DNA of 64,000 bases, from positions 2,156 through 66,155 of the forward strand of contig JALMLS010000473.1 in NCBI GenBank assembly GCA_038496445.1, given 5' to 3'. The stretch comes from Trichosphaerium sp. ATCC 40318 (taxonomy: Eukaryota > Protista > Tubulinea). Of this stretch, positions 42,057 through 53,275 are shown piece by piece. Below the pieces are notes generated by a model. That model was not told the DNA's origin. It ran no database searches and saw only the letters and a program-made list of their open reading frames with translations. The position numbers were made by a program, and so were the translations under genes. Each line of letters opens with the position of its first letter. Position 1 is the stretch's first letter.

Positions 42057-42346
42057 CATCTACAAGGCGTATGTTTTGTGTTTTGAACCTTCAGAGCAAC
42101 AACAAAAAAAAAAAAGGTCAACAATTTCCTTTTTGTTTAATGTAAGTTCCCATTCAAAATTGTATTCGCAGTGTTTGCTTACCAACTAGTATCAGGACAG
42201 TGGCAGCTGCATCCACAGCAACATAAATTCCAGGTGTGGTCTCCATTGTCACTGTTGGCACTCTCACAGCAATCGCAATCACAGCAACAACAGCCTTCGC
42301 AGCCACCTTCGTCACCGCCACCTTCGTCACCGCCACCTTCACACAT
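42057..42346 (-). CDS. Small Cys-rich protein, paralog A (2 exons)
   Basis: MCEGGGDEGGGDEGGCEGCCCDCDCC..LCCCGCSCHCP; exon-2 frame ambiguous at a T12 run. Confidence 0.55.
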
Positions 42347-42722
42347 TTGTCTCTTCTACAATATAAAGTTATTACTATAATTTCTGGTCACTCTTCTTGT
42401 GTTTCTATAAAATCAGAAGCTAAATAGCTTAAGGGCCCGTAATACAACCAAAAAAGGACTTTACATGTTACAATTGTGTTACACAAAAGCAACCATTAAG
42501 TCATGCTTCTTTTCATAGCTCCAACAGCTACATTCACAGCAACTGTAACCGTTTCGCAATACAATAAGCATTGCATAACACTGGCAATCGACTCCACGCA
42601 AGTTGTAGTGCTATTTTGGTAAAAAACACGTGGGCAATAACACAAAAATGAACAAACGAAGTTCTCAATGTATGAAGTTTAACCTTACGAGTTCTAATGG
42701 TCAATAATTAGATACTGAAGAG

Positions 42723-43970
42723 ATGGATAGTTCTTCGTTAAATCTCCTTGGCATTCCTATGGAGCTTCAACTTGATATTATGGATATGGACTCAGAGGTA
42801 AATGTCAAGTGGTGTTTATTATCGAAACAGGCTGCAACAACCACAAGGTATGATGCTGATTTGAAAAAACATGGTAAATGGACGACAATTAGTTTCAGCA
42901 CTACATACCATAAGAATTGGAGACATGGTAAACTCCATGGAGCTTATAAAGAGTGGTATGAAGGTTTATTGATGCAAGATAGCCACTATGTCAATGGTGA
43001 GCTTGATGGAGAGTACAAAACATGGAGTTATATAGGAAATGGTGATGCAAGAAAAGAAATAGTATGTTGTTTTCTAGGCGGTAAACTTCATGGTGAATAC
43101 AAGCTGTACAACCGCTATGGCAACTTGCTAAAGTGGTGTCATTACGTTAATGGTAGAAGGCACGGGGAGTATAAGAAATTTTACAATAGTTTTGATGCGG
43201 ATCTGGTTAAACAATGTTTTTATAAAAATGGTGTACTTGATGGAGAGTATTCAACTTGGCACCAGCATCCTTGGAGTTATAAAGAACATTGTTTTTATGT
43301 AAATGGTGAACTAGATGGGGAGTATAAGTGCTGGTATGACGACGAACAGCAGATAAAGGCACATCGATACTATGTCAATTGTAAACCACATGGTGAGTTC
43401 AAATCTTGGTTTCCTAGTGGTCAATTGGCATTAAACCGTTTTTATGTGCATGGTAAAGCGGAGGGTGTTGTTAAAAGGTGGGATAGAGATGGCAACTTAG
43501 TTAAAAGCACTAACTATGTTAATGGCAAAAGAGAAGGAGAGTGCAAGAGTTGGCGTAGTAATGGTCAAGTACATGAGGTAAGTTACTATGTCAATGGTAA
43601 AGAAGAGGGAGAATACAAGAAATGGTATTGGAATGGTCAATTAGCGAAGCATTGCAACTATGTCAATGGTAAACAAGAAGGGGAGTACTTGAAATGGAAT
43701 GTCAATGGTCAATTAGCAAAGCACTGGTATTATGTCAATGGTGAATTACATGGAAAGAAAATGACTTGGAAGTATAAGGCTTGCAGCCAGTACAACTATT
43801 TCAAAGGCAGAAAAAACGGCGACCATAAGAAATGGTATAGCAATGGCCAATTGGCAAAGCATTGTTACTATATCAATGGAAAACGAGAAGGAGACTATTT
43901 GGAATGGGACACCTATGGTCAACTAACAAAGCACTGCTATTATGTCAATGGCGAAACCAAAGATGTTTGA
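42723..43970 (+). CDS. F-box-like + MORN-variant (YwqK-like) repeat protein, intronless
   Basis: LLGIPMELQLDIM; many YVNGKxEGEYKxWxxNGQLxxHC repeats. Confidence 0.9.
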   Translation: MDSSSLNLLGIPMELQLDIMDMDSEVNVKWCLLSKQAATTTRYDADLKKHGKWTTISFSTTYHKNWRHGKLHGAYKEWYEGLLMQDSHYVNGELDGEYKTWSYIGNGDARKEIVCCFLGGKLHGEYKLYNRYGNLLKWCHYVNGRRHGEYKKFYNSFDADLVKQCFYKNGVLDGEYSTWHQHPWSYKEHCFYVNGELDGEYKCWYDDEQQIKAHRYYVNCKPHGEFKSWFPSGQLALNRFYVHGKAEGVVKRWDRDGNLVKSTNYVNGKREGECKSWRSNGQVHEVSYYVNGKEEGEYKKWYWNGQLAKHCNYVNGKQEGEYLKWNVNGQLAKHWYYVNGELHGKKMTWKYKACSQYNYFKGRKNGDHKKWYSNGQLAKHCYYINGKREGDYLEWDTYGQLTKHCYYVNGETKDV

Positions 43971-44640
43971 TTGTATCAATATATGAAGCATGCCATACGA
44001 TGCTACTTTAATATGGATTTGATGTTGGCTCTCTTATGCTAAGTGGTTGGTATTATATGCATTCATATCACGTGTTAACACATAGTTTATCAAACATCTC
44101 ATTGACTCTCATGAAATCAAAGTAATTCGTACAAAACATATCAGCATCTACTTTGTGGTAAAAAATAATTCTGTGGTACTTGTATGTTTACATGATAACC
44201 GTTCAATTGTACAGAATTCAAGTTTTTTTATCACCTTGATACCGCAAAAGGGACATCTGGACGTGTGCGTATTCTCACCACATAATCTTCCATCTAGGAG
44301 GTACGTATGCCATGTAAACCATACTAAAAATGTAAAATAAACAAATATGGTTTGGGTTTAATATCACGTGGTCCACTTCATGATTTTTCTGCACAGCAAG
44401 CCACCAATAACGTGAATTACATTTCAAACGTTTGGTCTTATACTTGAATTAAAGCAATTAGCGAATCTTTATTTCTAGCTTGTTGAGCGTGTCATTGATT
44501 CTTCCTAAAACTATACATTTGAACCAACATCTCAATGAAACCTTGTTATCCATGAGTATTCCACAAAAAAGAATGTTTCTTACTGTTACCTACAGGTTGT
44601 GTTGTGTGAAGCTATGGAGACTGCACCAATATGATTTATG

Positions 44641-44919
44641 TTATTTGAATGAGGGATTACGATCATCTGTCATTTGTTGCTTCGTGTAATTACGAGGAGG
44701 ATTATTACCATCATCTACTATACGTTGTCTTTCTTCCAATCTCGCACTTTGTGCATTTATGTTACTTGAACCTTCGCAACAACAACATAACCAAAACAAT
44801 ATTCCGCTTTTTTATTAGACTGTAAGTCCTCTGAACTTTAGGGATGATGTAGCTTACCAAATAGGATCACAGCAGCAATCACAACCGCCACAGGCACCAC
44901 AGTCACAGCCTTCACACAT
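44641..44919 (-). CDS. Small Cys-rich protein, paralog B (2 exons)
   Basis: MCEGCDCGACGGCDCCCDPIC/GILFWLCCCEGS..SFK*; flanks similar to paralog A. Confidence 0.65.
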
Positions 44920-45662
44920 TCTTCACGTCTACGATATGAACTTCTTGCAGTGATTGCCTGGCCGCTCTTATTGTTGGGTTTGCTGTTAAATGAGATGCTA
45001 AATGGCTTAATCATGCAGTATTTAAGTGAAAAAACCCAAAAATGGATTTTGCATGATGCATACTTGACATTACGTTATTGCTTGTGTGCTCATTGAGTAT
45101 ACTTGTACCGAATGTGTAAATCAAAAGCAGTTATATACAAACTAAAAACAATCGCACGTGCGTTCCAAAGAACTTTCCTAGATATTTTAGACTATTAGTA
45201 AAGTGCTAAACAAGCGTGTGCAAAGCGATGGCTAAAGGAAAAACATTCCGGATCTTTGGTACTCGAGTGGATTTGAGTGCACATTCAACTAACAAAAAAA
45301 TTTGTTAGTCATTTACGTGTAACGTTACATTATCACTTGTAGCAAAGTAGAAACAAATGGTAACTCGCTTGCAACCAAAAACAATTGTACATGGGTTCCT
45401 AGAGTCCTACAAAGTGTTGTACAAAACGATTAGAATCCCGAAAATGTTTGTAGTTTTTTCTCAAAAGGTAATCACAACACTTTGGGTGTGCTAGCAAAAT
45501 AATTAAAAAACCCATGTCATTGAACAGAAAGGCATTGATGGATATTGAAGAGAATTAAAAACGTAGAAGAATATACGGAAAATTTTGAACTTAGCAATTT
45601 TATTATACACATGATACTCGATTAACTTGTTGTCTATTCAAAGCTATCTTCTTCAGTTCCTT

Positions 45663-46640
45663 TTAATCCCATCCAAGAATCCAAAGGCAAGCACAGTCAA
45701 AGCCACTATTCAAAGATAGGTTGGATTCTACCTGTTGAATACAAAATACAAAACTATTAGGATCAGATAGCTTCTCTTGTGTTTTGTCATCTAAATATTG
45801 CACAACAAGCCGCTTATCATTTTTCTCTATGTCACTTATACTAGGGATACTATCTTTATGTATGCTGCCACGAAATCTATCAATATAGGCAACCTGATGA
45901 TGTATCATGTACTTCAAAGAACGAACTGTACTTTTTGCCATACAACCAGAGCAATACCGTTTCCCTTCCCATTCAAATACTCCCTTCCCCAAGCTACATG
46001 TCACACATACAAAAGGAGTGAACGCTTCTCTGTGGTTAGTATGTCTACTACAAACACTTTTATCATTAACACTTGCAGCAGCTATCGTGAGACCAGTTTG
46101 CAGGGGATTGGGGACATAAATAGCCATACACGTGCTACAGTAAATAGATTTTGGCCAAGTCCAGTCATCCAACATTTTATCATCATTGGCAAACTCATCA
46201 AAGTCAGCAATAGGATTAATGCCCAAAGTGGGCGCGTCAGGTGATGACAGACCTTCATAAATAGATCTAAAGGATAAAACATTGTTGAGGTTCTTATTGG
46301 TGCAAAAGACTTTGTAATTGCCTTTCCTTATCACTTGGAGTAGTTTTAGATATGTTTGACGCTCTGGGTTGAGTATTTGAAGGAACGCGATTTCTTTTAG
46401 TTTATCACGTGCGCAAGTCGGTATGGACGATATACATCGATAGATATGTTTGTTTGTAGCTTGTAAATGTGCCACAGCTGGTGCTTCGTCTAATAGAACC
46501 AAGTTTACGATATCGTATAACATATCATAGTTCAAGTCGTCTAAGAATGAACTCGTGACCTCATACTCGATTGGTTGTATTTCCCTTGTAGTTTTTAATG
46601 TAATGAGTTTGCAGTGCGTTGTTTGATTTGTCGGTATACC
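45663..46640 (-). CDS. F-box-like, Cys-containing protein with an LTR element inserted at its 5' end
   Basis: FLDDLNYDMLYDIVNL; CSTC, CVTC, CSGC; annotated ORF start lies inside the LTR. Confidence 0.55.
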   Translation of the reverse strand, partial: GIPTNQTTHCKLITLKTTREIQPIEYEVTSSFLDDLNYDMLYDIVNLVLLDEAPAVAHLQATNKHIYRCISSIPTCARDKLKEIAFLQILNPERQTYLKLLQVIRKGNYKVFCTNKNLNNVLSFRSIYEGLSSPDAPTLGINPIADFDEFANDDKMLDDWTWPKSIYCSTCMAIYVPNPLQTGLTIAAASVNDKSVCSRHTNHREAFTPFVCVTCSLGKGVFEWEGKRYCSGCMAKSTVRSLKYMIHHQVAYIDRFRGSIHKDSIPSISDIEKNDKRLVVQYLDDKTQEKLSDPNSFVFCIQQVESNLSLNSGFDCACLWILGWD

Positions 46641-46844
46641 TGAAACGTTAAAGGGCACACGAAAGATGAGAATACGTGTAAGAGAGACGTGGCCTTAGTT
46701 GTAGGATAGTAGCGTAATTTATTAGTGACATACGTAATACATTCAGAGAATACATTTGTGTATTTCGTCAAAGTTCACAATGAATATCTTCGTGGAAATA
46801 CTTGGAAAGAATGCATACTGAACATGGTGACGTTGCACGTTACA
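46641..46844 (-). repeat. 3' LTR
   Basis: No difference seen versus 48332-48535; preceded on minus by PPT GGGGGAAAA (46845-46853). Confidence 0.95.
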
Positions 46845-46895
46845 TTTTCCCCCAGGTTAGAATGAAGTCGGTGAAAGATAAACAATCACGTGACT

Positions 46896-47399
46896 TTAGG
46901 TGAAAAATGCGTCAAAGTCATCATTGATCATCTTGAGAGCTTGAGTCAGTCCTTTGAGTCCTTTGGATGACTTGATCAACTTGATAGCCTTGTGACGTTC
47001 TCTATGAGTAGAGAACATGTTTATATTTGATTTGAGCTGTTCTTTGTAAGCGCGAATGTTGGGATACTTGGTGCTTTTGCTGAGAGTATCATACGAATCT
47101 TGGAATAACTTTCTTAATGGTTCTTCTTTGTTGTTATTCTTCTTGTTAGTGTTCTTCTTGTCGATTGTAATCTTCTTAGGTACTATTGTCGGTCTTACCC
47201 CCTTGGTTGCATCATTGTTGGTCTTAGATTGCGTTTGTATTGATTGCTGTTGTGTCTTCTGAGCTGTTGAAGTTACCAATTGATCAACATCAGTGTCTTC
47301 AAATATATAAACAGGAGCATCAAATGGTCGTAAATTAGAGGTAAAATAAGGTGAGACGTTTAACTGAGATCCAGCTTTCTTGTTTGAGAATAGTGCCAT
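46896..47399 (-). CDS. Orphan Lys-rich 167-aa ORF inside the LTR element
   Basis: Uninterrupted ATG-TAA ORF, sense to the element, just before the PPT. Confidence 0.6.
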   Translation of the reverse strand: MALFSNKKAGSQLNVSPYFTSNLRPFDAPVYIFEDTDVDQLVTSTAQKTQQQSIQTQSKTNNDATKGVRPTIVPKKITIDKKNTNKKNNNKEEPLRKLFQDSYDTLSKSTKYPNIRAYKEQLKSNINMFSTHRERHKAIKLIKSSKGLKGLTQALKMINDDFDAFFT

Positions 47400-48311
47400 C
47401 GAGTTCTTGAGCGTATATGATAAATTAATCTTAGCGTGGGTCGTAGTTTCTTCTGTTGAGGAGCACTTGAACTGTCAAATAGATAAACAGAAGTACTAAA
47501 TGATAGGTTAAAGGTATTTAACTGAGATCCAGATGTCTTAAACCATGAAATGTTTGTTTTAAGCGTTTAATGTAAATAGTAGCGCTTGAGTTGAGTTCAC
47601 CAATAAAGGTGTAATACTGAAAGAATACATCACCTCTGGTTGCAAGTCAGTTGAAATGTATTTAGTAATATGATAAAGATATGGGGATGGGGATGTGGAT
47701 GGGGATGGGGATGGGGATGTGTGTGCTTTTCTTTTGATTTATGTTTGCTTTGACGGACTAGTATGCCTCAGCTGTCAAAAGACAAATTAGCACAGAGTTG
47801 TTTAATATGTGTAACCCATAGTCAGTATTGAAACCGTAATGTCTTGAGTGTAATTGAAGATATCTTTGGGTATTAGGTTATGAGCCTTTTGTGATCCATG
47901 ATTGCTTATGAAGCTGCGTGAAATAATTTGAAGTTCAAAATGTTTGTATATCCTTTATAACCTGAAATATGGAGTATGGACGACAGTGAGCACCATTTGC
48001 TATTTGATGACACCTCTCCTTTGAGCATGGACTCCAGTAGCTTTCTTGTCACTTCAGCGTCCTGATGTGAGCCTGGTGTGTTGTTTGCCGGTATGGACAT
48101 CAAGAATATGCATTTCATTTCTTAGCTTGAATACTAGCACATGATCATAAATTATAAAAGGACATGAATTGTTGCAGCATGGCTGCTTTATCGACCATAT
48201 GATTGGAATAGCGCTGGCTGGTGATAATCCAGCGCATGCTGTTATTTAAGTGATCCATTAAAAACTATCGTAATACATCGTGGTCATGAAGGTTGTGCAG
48301 TGTAAGTTCAA

Positions 48312-48329
48312 AATCTGTGTATGTCGCCA
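48312..48329 (-). promoter_or_regulatory. Primer-binding site
   Basis: Starts TGG (complement of tRNA CCA) 2 nt after the 5' LTR. Confidence 0.75.
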
Positions 48330-48331
48330 AA

Positions 48332-48535
48332 TGAAACGTTAAAGGGCACACGAAAGATGAGAATACGTGTAAGAGAGACGTGGCCTTAGTTGTAGGATAG
48401 TAGCGTAATTTATTAGTGACATACGTAATACATTCAGAGAATACATTTGTGTATTTCGTCAAAGTTCACAATGAATATCTTCGTGGAAATACTTGGAAAG
48501 AATGCATACTGAACATGGTGACGTTGCACGTTACA
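48332..48535 (-). repeat. 5' LTR
   Basis: Followed on minus by TT then TGGCGACATACACAG. Confidence 0.95.
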
Positions 48536-48739
48536 ATACCGCTGTTTACTTTTTATTTGGGTTTGCACCGTTCTTATGGAGACCTTTTGGACAACATTTT
48601 TGCAGAAAACAGCGCGTTTTTAGTCAATCGTGGCTCTGTTCAATTTCGCGGAAAGTAGTGCAATCATAGTCAGTACGAAGAGTTAAGGGATAATGAAATT
48701 ACAAAGACTTTGTGAAGATATATTTTGGGTGTACTTTAA

Positions 48740-48963
48740 TGTCGAAAAAAAAGTCGAAAAAATGTCAAAGTGACATTGAACTGTTCGCCACAAAGGGAGA
48801 CAACTGGGTTATGGTGCTCAGTTGCCGCTAGGCTCTGCCCCCCAAACCCCCCCTTGAATGCCTTAACTTTGTATACTAAATAAATTTCGGGGGTCTTTCT
48901 AAATAGTTCCTATGGCATAATATAGGATAGTTAGTGTGCCGAATTTTCGACTTTTTTTTGACA
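48740..48963. mobile_element. MITE-like / foldback element with ~20-bp TIRs
   Basis: TGTCGAAAAAAAAGTCGAAAA ... TTTTCGACTTTTTTTTGACA; partial copy at 16303; no clear TSD. Confidence 0.65.
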
Positions 48964-49107
48964 AAGTTCTACATATTTTGTGGCACATGTGCAACTGAGT
49001 TACAAATAAACATAACCAAACAATTGATTCATTCACTCGAGCCGTTTATTTTTAGTGACTTTTAGAAGCTTTCTGAAACCCCTCCCACGTTCTCCAGGTT
49101 ATCAAAA

Positions 49108-50617
49108 ATGGCGAAAAGATCCCTCGTTGGTTTTGTAAAGCGATTTGTACGTCCGAAATCACGAAAAGTTGAATCTACACCATTAATGGAGGTAAGCAAG
49201 CTTCAGTAAACGTTTATAGCGTAACGCGCATTTTGGTTCCTTTTTTTTGTACAAAACGCGTTTTGACGCCGTTTTTCATACTAAATAACTGTAGGACACT
49301 CTAACAGCGTATTTACCGCCAGAATTAACTGAAAAAGTGGTGACGTTCCTAAACGCTCACTCTCTTCTTATGTTTTCAACCACATGCAAAGTGTAGTACG
49401 TAAAAACCTCATATAAAACCTTTGTGTTTTTTTTTACTAATTTTAGCTCTGAAGCAACGTTTTTGCTTCAAGCGACGTTATTTGGCGTCAACTCATACAG
49501 AACTCTTTTGAAATAGATACAAGCTCTGTACAGAGTACTGTAGAATCATGGAAGTCGTATTACAAGAGACTGCGTAAATGTAATGGGATGTATGAGGGTT
49601 ATTGCACTTACAATGCTCCTTATTTGCATTATCACATGGGTGCTTTGATTTGTTGTGATGACGTAACAGAACAATGGAGCGGCAACTTTTTTTGGGCTTA
49701 CTTCACAATATCTAACGGAATTTCTCCATGTAAGGCAAAGTCTTGTGTCGAACAAAGGAGGCTTGAAACTGAAGAACAGGAGAGATAGTACGAACATTTC
49801 GTTTCTTTTTTTTTTCCTTTTTTTTTCTTGTTTTTTTTTCCTTTGACTGAACATGTGTTTTGTATTGGAGATTTAATTTATTGTTTAGTATTGTTGAACA
49901 CCGCTTATGTGAAGGTACAGGTATAAATATACCCACCTATTATGTCTTGAAATCATTTGGAGAAGGGTCTATAATTATGGGAACTTATTGGGTATCACTA
50001 TATGCGCCACAATATTTATACTTAGTACACACTGATGTTACACATTCACCAGAGCTTTTCTTACAATATCTACATGGTACGTACTAATAGTATAACATGT
50101 TTGAGTAATCAAAGCCTACAGTTAAGACCAAGCTCGCAACACTGATCTCCATGTGGTTTTAAAATGTGTTACTTGCTTTGTTATTTACTAATTGAGAAAT
50201 TTCTTTATAGGTGTAGAGTTTAATCAATCACTTGTTTTCAAAGGAACTGCCGTCATTGCAGTGGTTGAAGATACAACAGGGCCTAAAAATAGTTATGTGG
50301 ATTCTAAGCTTGAAGTAACTTCACTCATTCTTGATAAATCTGGTAGTGTCGATCATTGTGATTACATTGATTATCACTTATCAAATATTACTGCAAGCTA
50401 TTCAGTAGGTACAACAGAAATACAGTTAAAAGGATATTTTGTGGAGCGTAATTATAAGGTACTGCAAGAGCATAAAGTTGGTGAGTACGCCACACTTAAA
50501 CCAACAAACAAACGTCATTTCCTGGTTTTTGAGAATTACTTATTCTGGATTCGTGGAAGAAAACTATTTGGTTTTAAAGAGAAAGCAGAATGTTGTTTTC
50601 TAGAACTAGACATGTAG
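49108..50617 (+). CDS. F-box protein (multi-exon)
   Basis: Exon 2 AYLPPELTEKVVTFLNAHSLLMFSTTCK. Confidence 0.7.
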
Positions 50618-51050
50618 ATAAACTAAATAAAAGTGGCAGAATTTGGCAGTTATTAAGGATATATGTTCTATTGAAGTCCTACGTATTGGTGCAATATAGC
50701 TTCTATCGAGCGTTTGAAAGGAGTTGACAAAACCGCCTGCACACAATTTGCGATAGCGAGCAGTAAATCAATTGATAGCCCACATCCCTTAAATCCTAAT
50801 CTTTTTCTGTTCAACATTCCGAGGATTTAAAATTTTTAAATATGTATTGCACTTACTTGCATGTTCTTGTTGGCTAGTAAACAACAACATCAAGGGCTGT
50901 ACTAGAGCCAATAAACGTTGTAGTCTTCCCCTCATTATTTCTTAAGAAGAGTGTGTAGGGTAGGAGAATGAGAGGTTTCTAATAAATCAGAAATTGGGTA
51001 AAAAAGCCTTTGGGTACTTTATTTAATACACCGTTGTATACAAAGATTTA

Positions 51051-53068
51051 TTAAAACCCAGGCAGCCACGGTTGCAGGGCTTTTCCACCACCTTATTGGC
51101 AACAGTAAGTAAGTATGATAAATTAAAGTTTAGTATGGGTGAATTTAAAAAACAATTGGATGTCAAAAAACCTGATTGTTCGTACCAGCACCAAGCTTGC
51201 CATTCGAATCTTTTACTGTCTGATAAATATCATAATTCCAGCTGTCAACAACACAAAGATTCATGAATATTCTATCCATATCTATTTGATCTCAGTTAGC
51301 ACAAAAATAAGGCCGATGAGTTTGTGTATTCAACAATATCTTTATAATATTCAGTACCACGTGACCATGGGTTATCACGACTTCTTTCCCAGAAAGGAAA
51401 ACCCCATTCCTTTTCAAATTCAACCATCAAATCACCATTTGGAGAGTACTCAGTCTCGATAGCATACACAGACCAACCTTAGAAAAAATAGTAAGCATTG
51501 TTTGTAAACATCACAAAAACAGTACCTGTACTGTCCACAAGATATGCACCATAGTTCTGAAACGTCCAAGCAAGCATTTTGGCAGGTTCTGTTTCGAATC
51601 CTATTTTTTCTATATCGAAGGTTCTATTGAGAGCTAAAAGCTCCCATCCTGAACTTGACGTTAATGTTTTTTCGTGTTTTTTTCTCAAGTTTTGTTTAAC
51701 AATTGTATGTAACATACTTTAAAGCAGGTACAACTCCTTTGTAGCAACCTGGAGCGCAACTATCTGCTTTTATCGCTGGCCATCTGAATGACATCTTTTT
51801 TGAGCCTCCACTGTATGTGTTGGCAGAGCTTTGCAAGTTCACTTTAAGTACATGTCTGATGCCGTCTTTGTTACTCTTTACAAGTTCTCCCAACCTTAAC
51901 GTTCCTAAATACACTTCTTTAACAAAGCATTGAAATGCAAAAGAACAGTATCAAGTCATTTTGTTGAATTTAAAAGGCACGGTTGAAATTCCAAAATTTT
52001 CAATTTTTCAGAGAATATCGTTTCGTGCATTTAGTTATGAAGAAATAAAGTGTTATGATAAAATGCTGCCTTTTTGGCGCTGTCATTGGAGTATTGCTGT
52101 TGATAACAACAAGCGCCTGTATAGCTCAATTGGCAGAGCAGTGGTTTTCTAAGCCATTGGTTGCAGGTTCAATCCCTGCTACAGGCTTACAATAGTTTTT
52201 GTAGATGACGGCAAAAGTATGCAAAATAAATGTAAAGTGCAACAAAAAGGCCGATCAAGTTCAACAAAAGTCGATCAAGGTATGTAAATCGCTTGAGTCA
52301 AAGTTTCGTATGTTCTCCAACACAGCTCAAAAAAAAAAGTAAACACTTGCCTCCAATCCCTGAAAGTCCAGATCCTCCGTGAGCTCCGGTAATACCTTCT
52401 CCTCTTATACTCACATTGCTGAACATGTATTTCGAAGTTGCCGGTTTATCAGATGCACATCGAGCGAGGGGTTGACTTTGAACAATCGTATCTCCATCTG
52501 GCATGAGAAAGGCACCTAACAAAAAACGGTTAAAAACACGTGCGGCTTTTATTCGCAGCGATAATGTTTTATGGTACTCACCCGCATTGTTAGGCGTCTG
52601 TGGTAGTGGATCAGGTATGACGAAATCAGAAGGAACAGGTGCACGAAAAAGTTGACCACCTGTTGGTGAACATCGACTCACGTTTTTATTCCAACCAGCT
52701 AAAAAAACAGAAGATTACATTACGTTGTCTTGTTGCGATAGTGCCGCAAGTGTGCGTTACCGTTTGAGTAATAAAATGTAGTTAACGGTGCGTTTGGTGT
52801 CAATATAATTACATCAGGATCTGGAGTCATTCCTTGAGCGGTAGGACGCTGTATTTGTCCAAATACATACTTTGCATCTGAGATTTAAAACAAAACCGTT
52901 AAACTGTTAAATTATTGCGATTACTGTCTATCAATGCGTACCAGAGCCAAGTGGAAGGTTCCATATCGAATAACTTGCGAACGGATGCGTTAGAGGGTTT
53001 CTTGAAGCACATACTGCAAAGCAGAAACTGAGAACAAGCACAAGGGATATACAGCTGTTCAGCGCCAT
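51051..53068 (-). CDS. Secreted bacterial-type uncharacterised protein (multi-exon)
   Basis: Signal peptide; PFASYSIWNLPLG, GAHGGSGLSGIGGTLRLGEL, IRHVLKVNL, RWPAIKADS, AWTFQNYGAYLVD, GGGKALQPWLP. Confidence 0.8.
52115..52187 (+). tRNA. tRNA-Arg(UCU) by anticodon
   Basis: GCCTGTA/TACAGGC acceptor; GCTC/GAGC D arm; GTGGT-TTTCTAA-GCCAT; GCAGG-TTCAATC-CCTGC; T5 run downstream. Confidence 0.85.
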
Positions 53069-53275
53069 ACTTGATTTCGACAATATCTCAATTGACTGTT
53101 CAAGTACTGATTTTGTTGGTTACAGATCCTTCTTCCAGATACAAGACAAGTGCACGTGACTTGCTAAAATAACAACTTATTTCCACAACGCTGAATCGAT
53201 ACGCAAGGTGCAAGTTGTGAGGCAGCTTTTTTGGCCTTTAACAGTACTCATTTTATTAATTTGTAGAAGGTCCAG

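Larger units (their letters stand above)
46641..48535 (-). mobile_element. Non-autonomous LTR retroelement, 1895 bp
   Basis: Two 204-bp TG..CA LTRs; TSD ATACC (46636-46640, 48536-48540); PBS and PPT on minus; no gag/pol motifs seen. Confidence 0.95.

Noticed and set aside
47359-47533. 16-bp direct repeat TTTAACTGAGATCCAG inside the LTR element
   Set aside because: Single pair, probably a relic internal duplication; no function supportable
52141-52157. Reading the tRNA as a CUA amber suppressor
   Set aside because: The 7-nt loop TTTCTAA puts TCT at 34-36; TAG is used as a normal stop in the window
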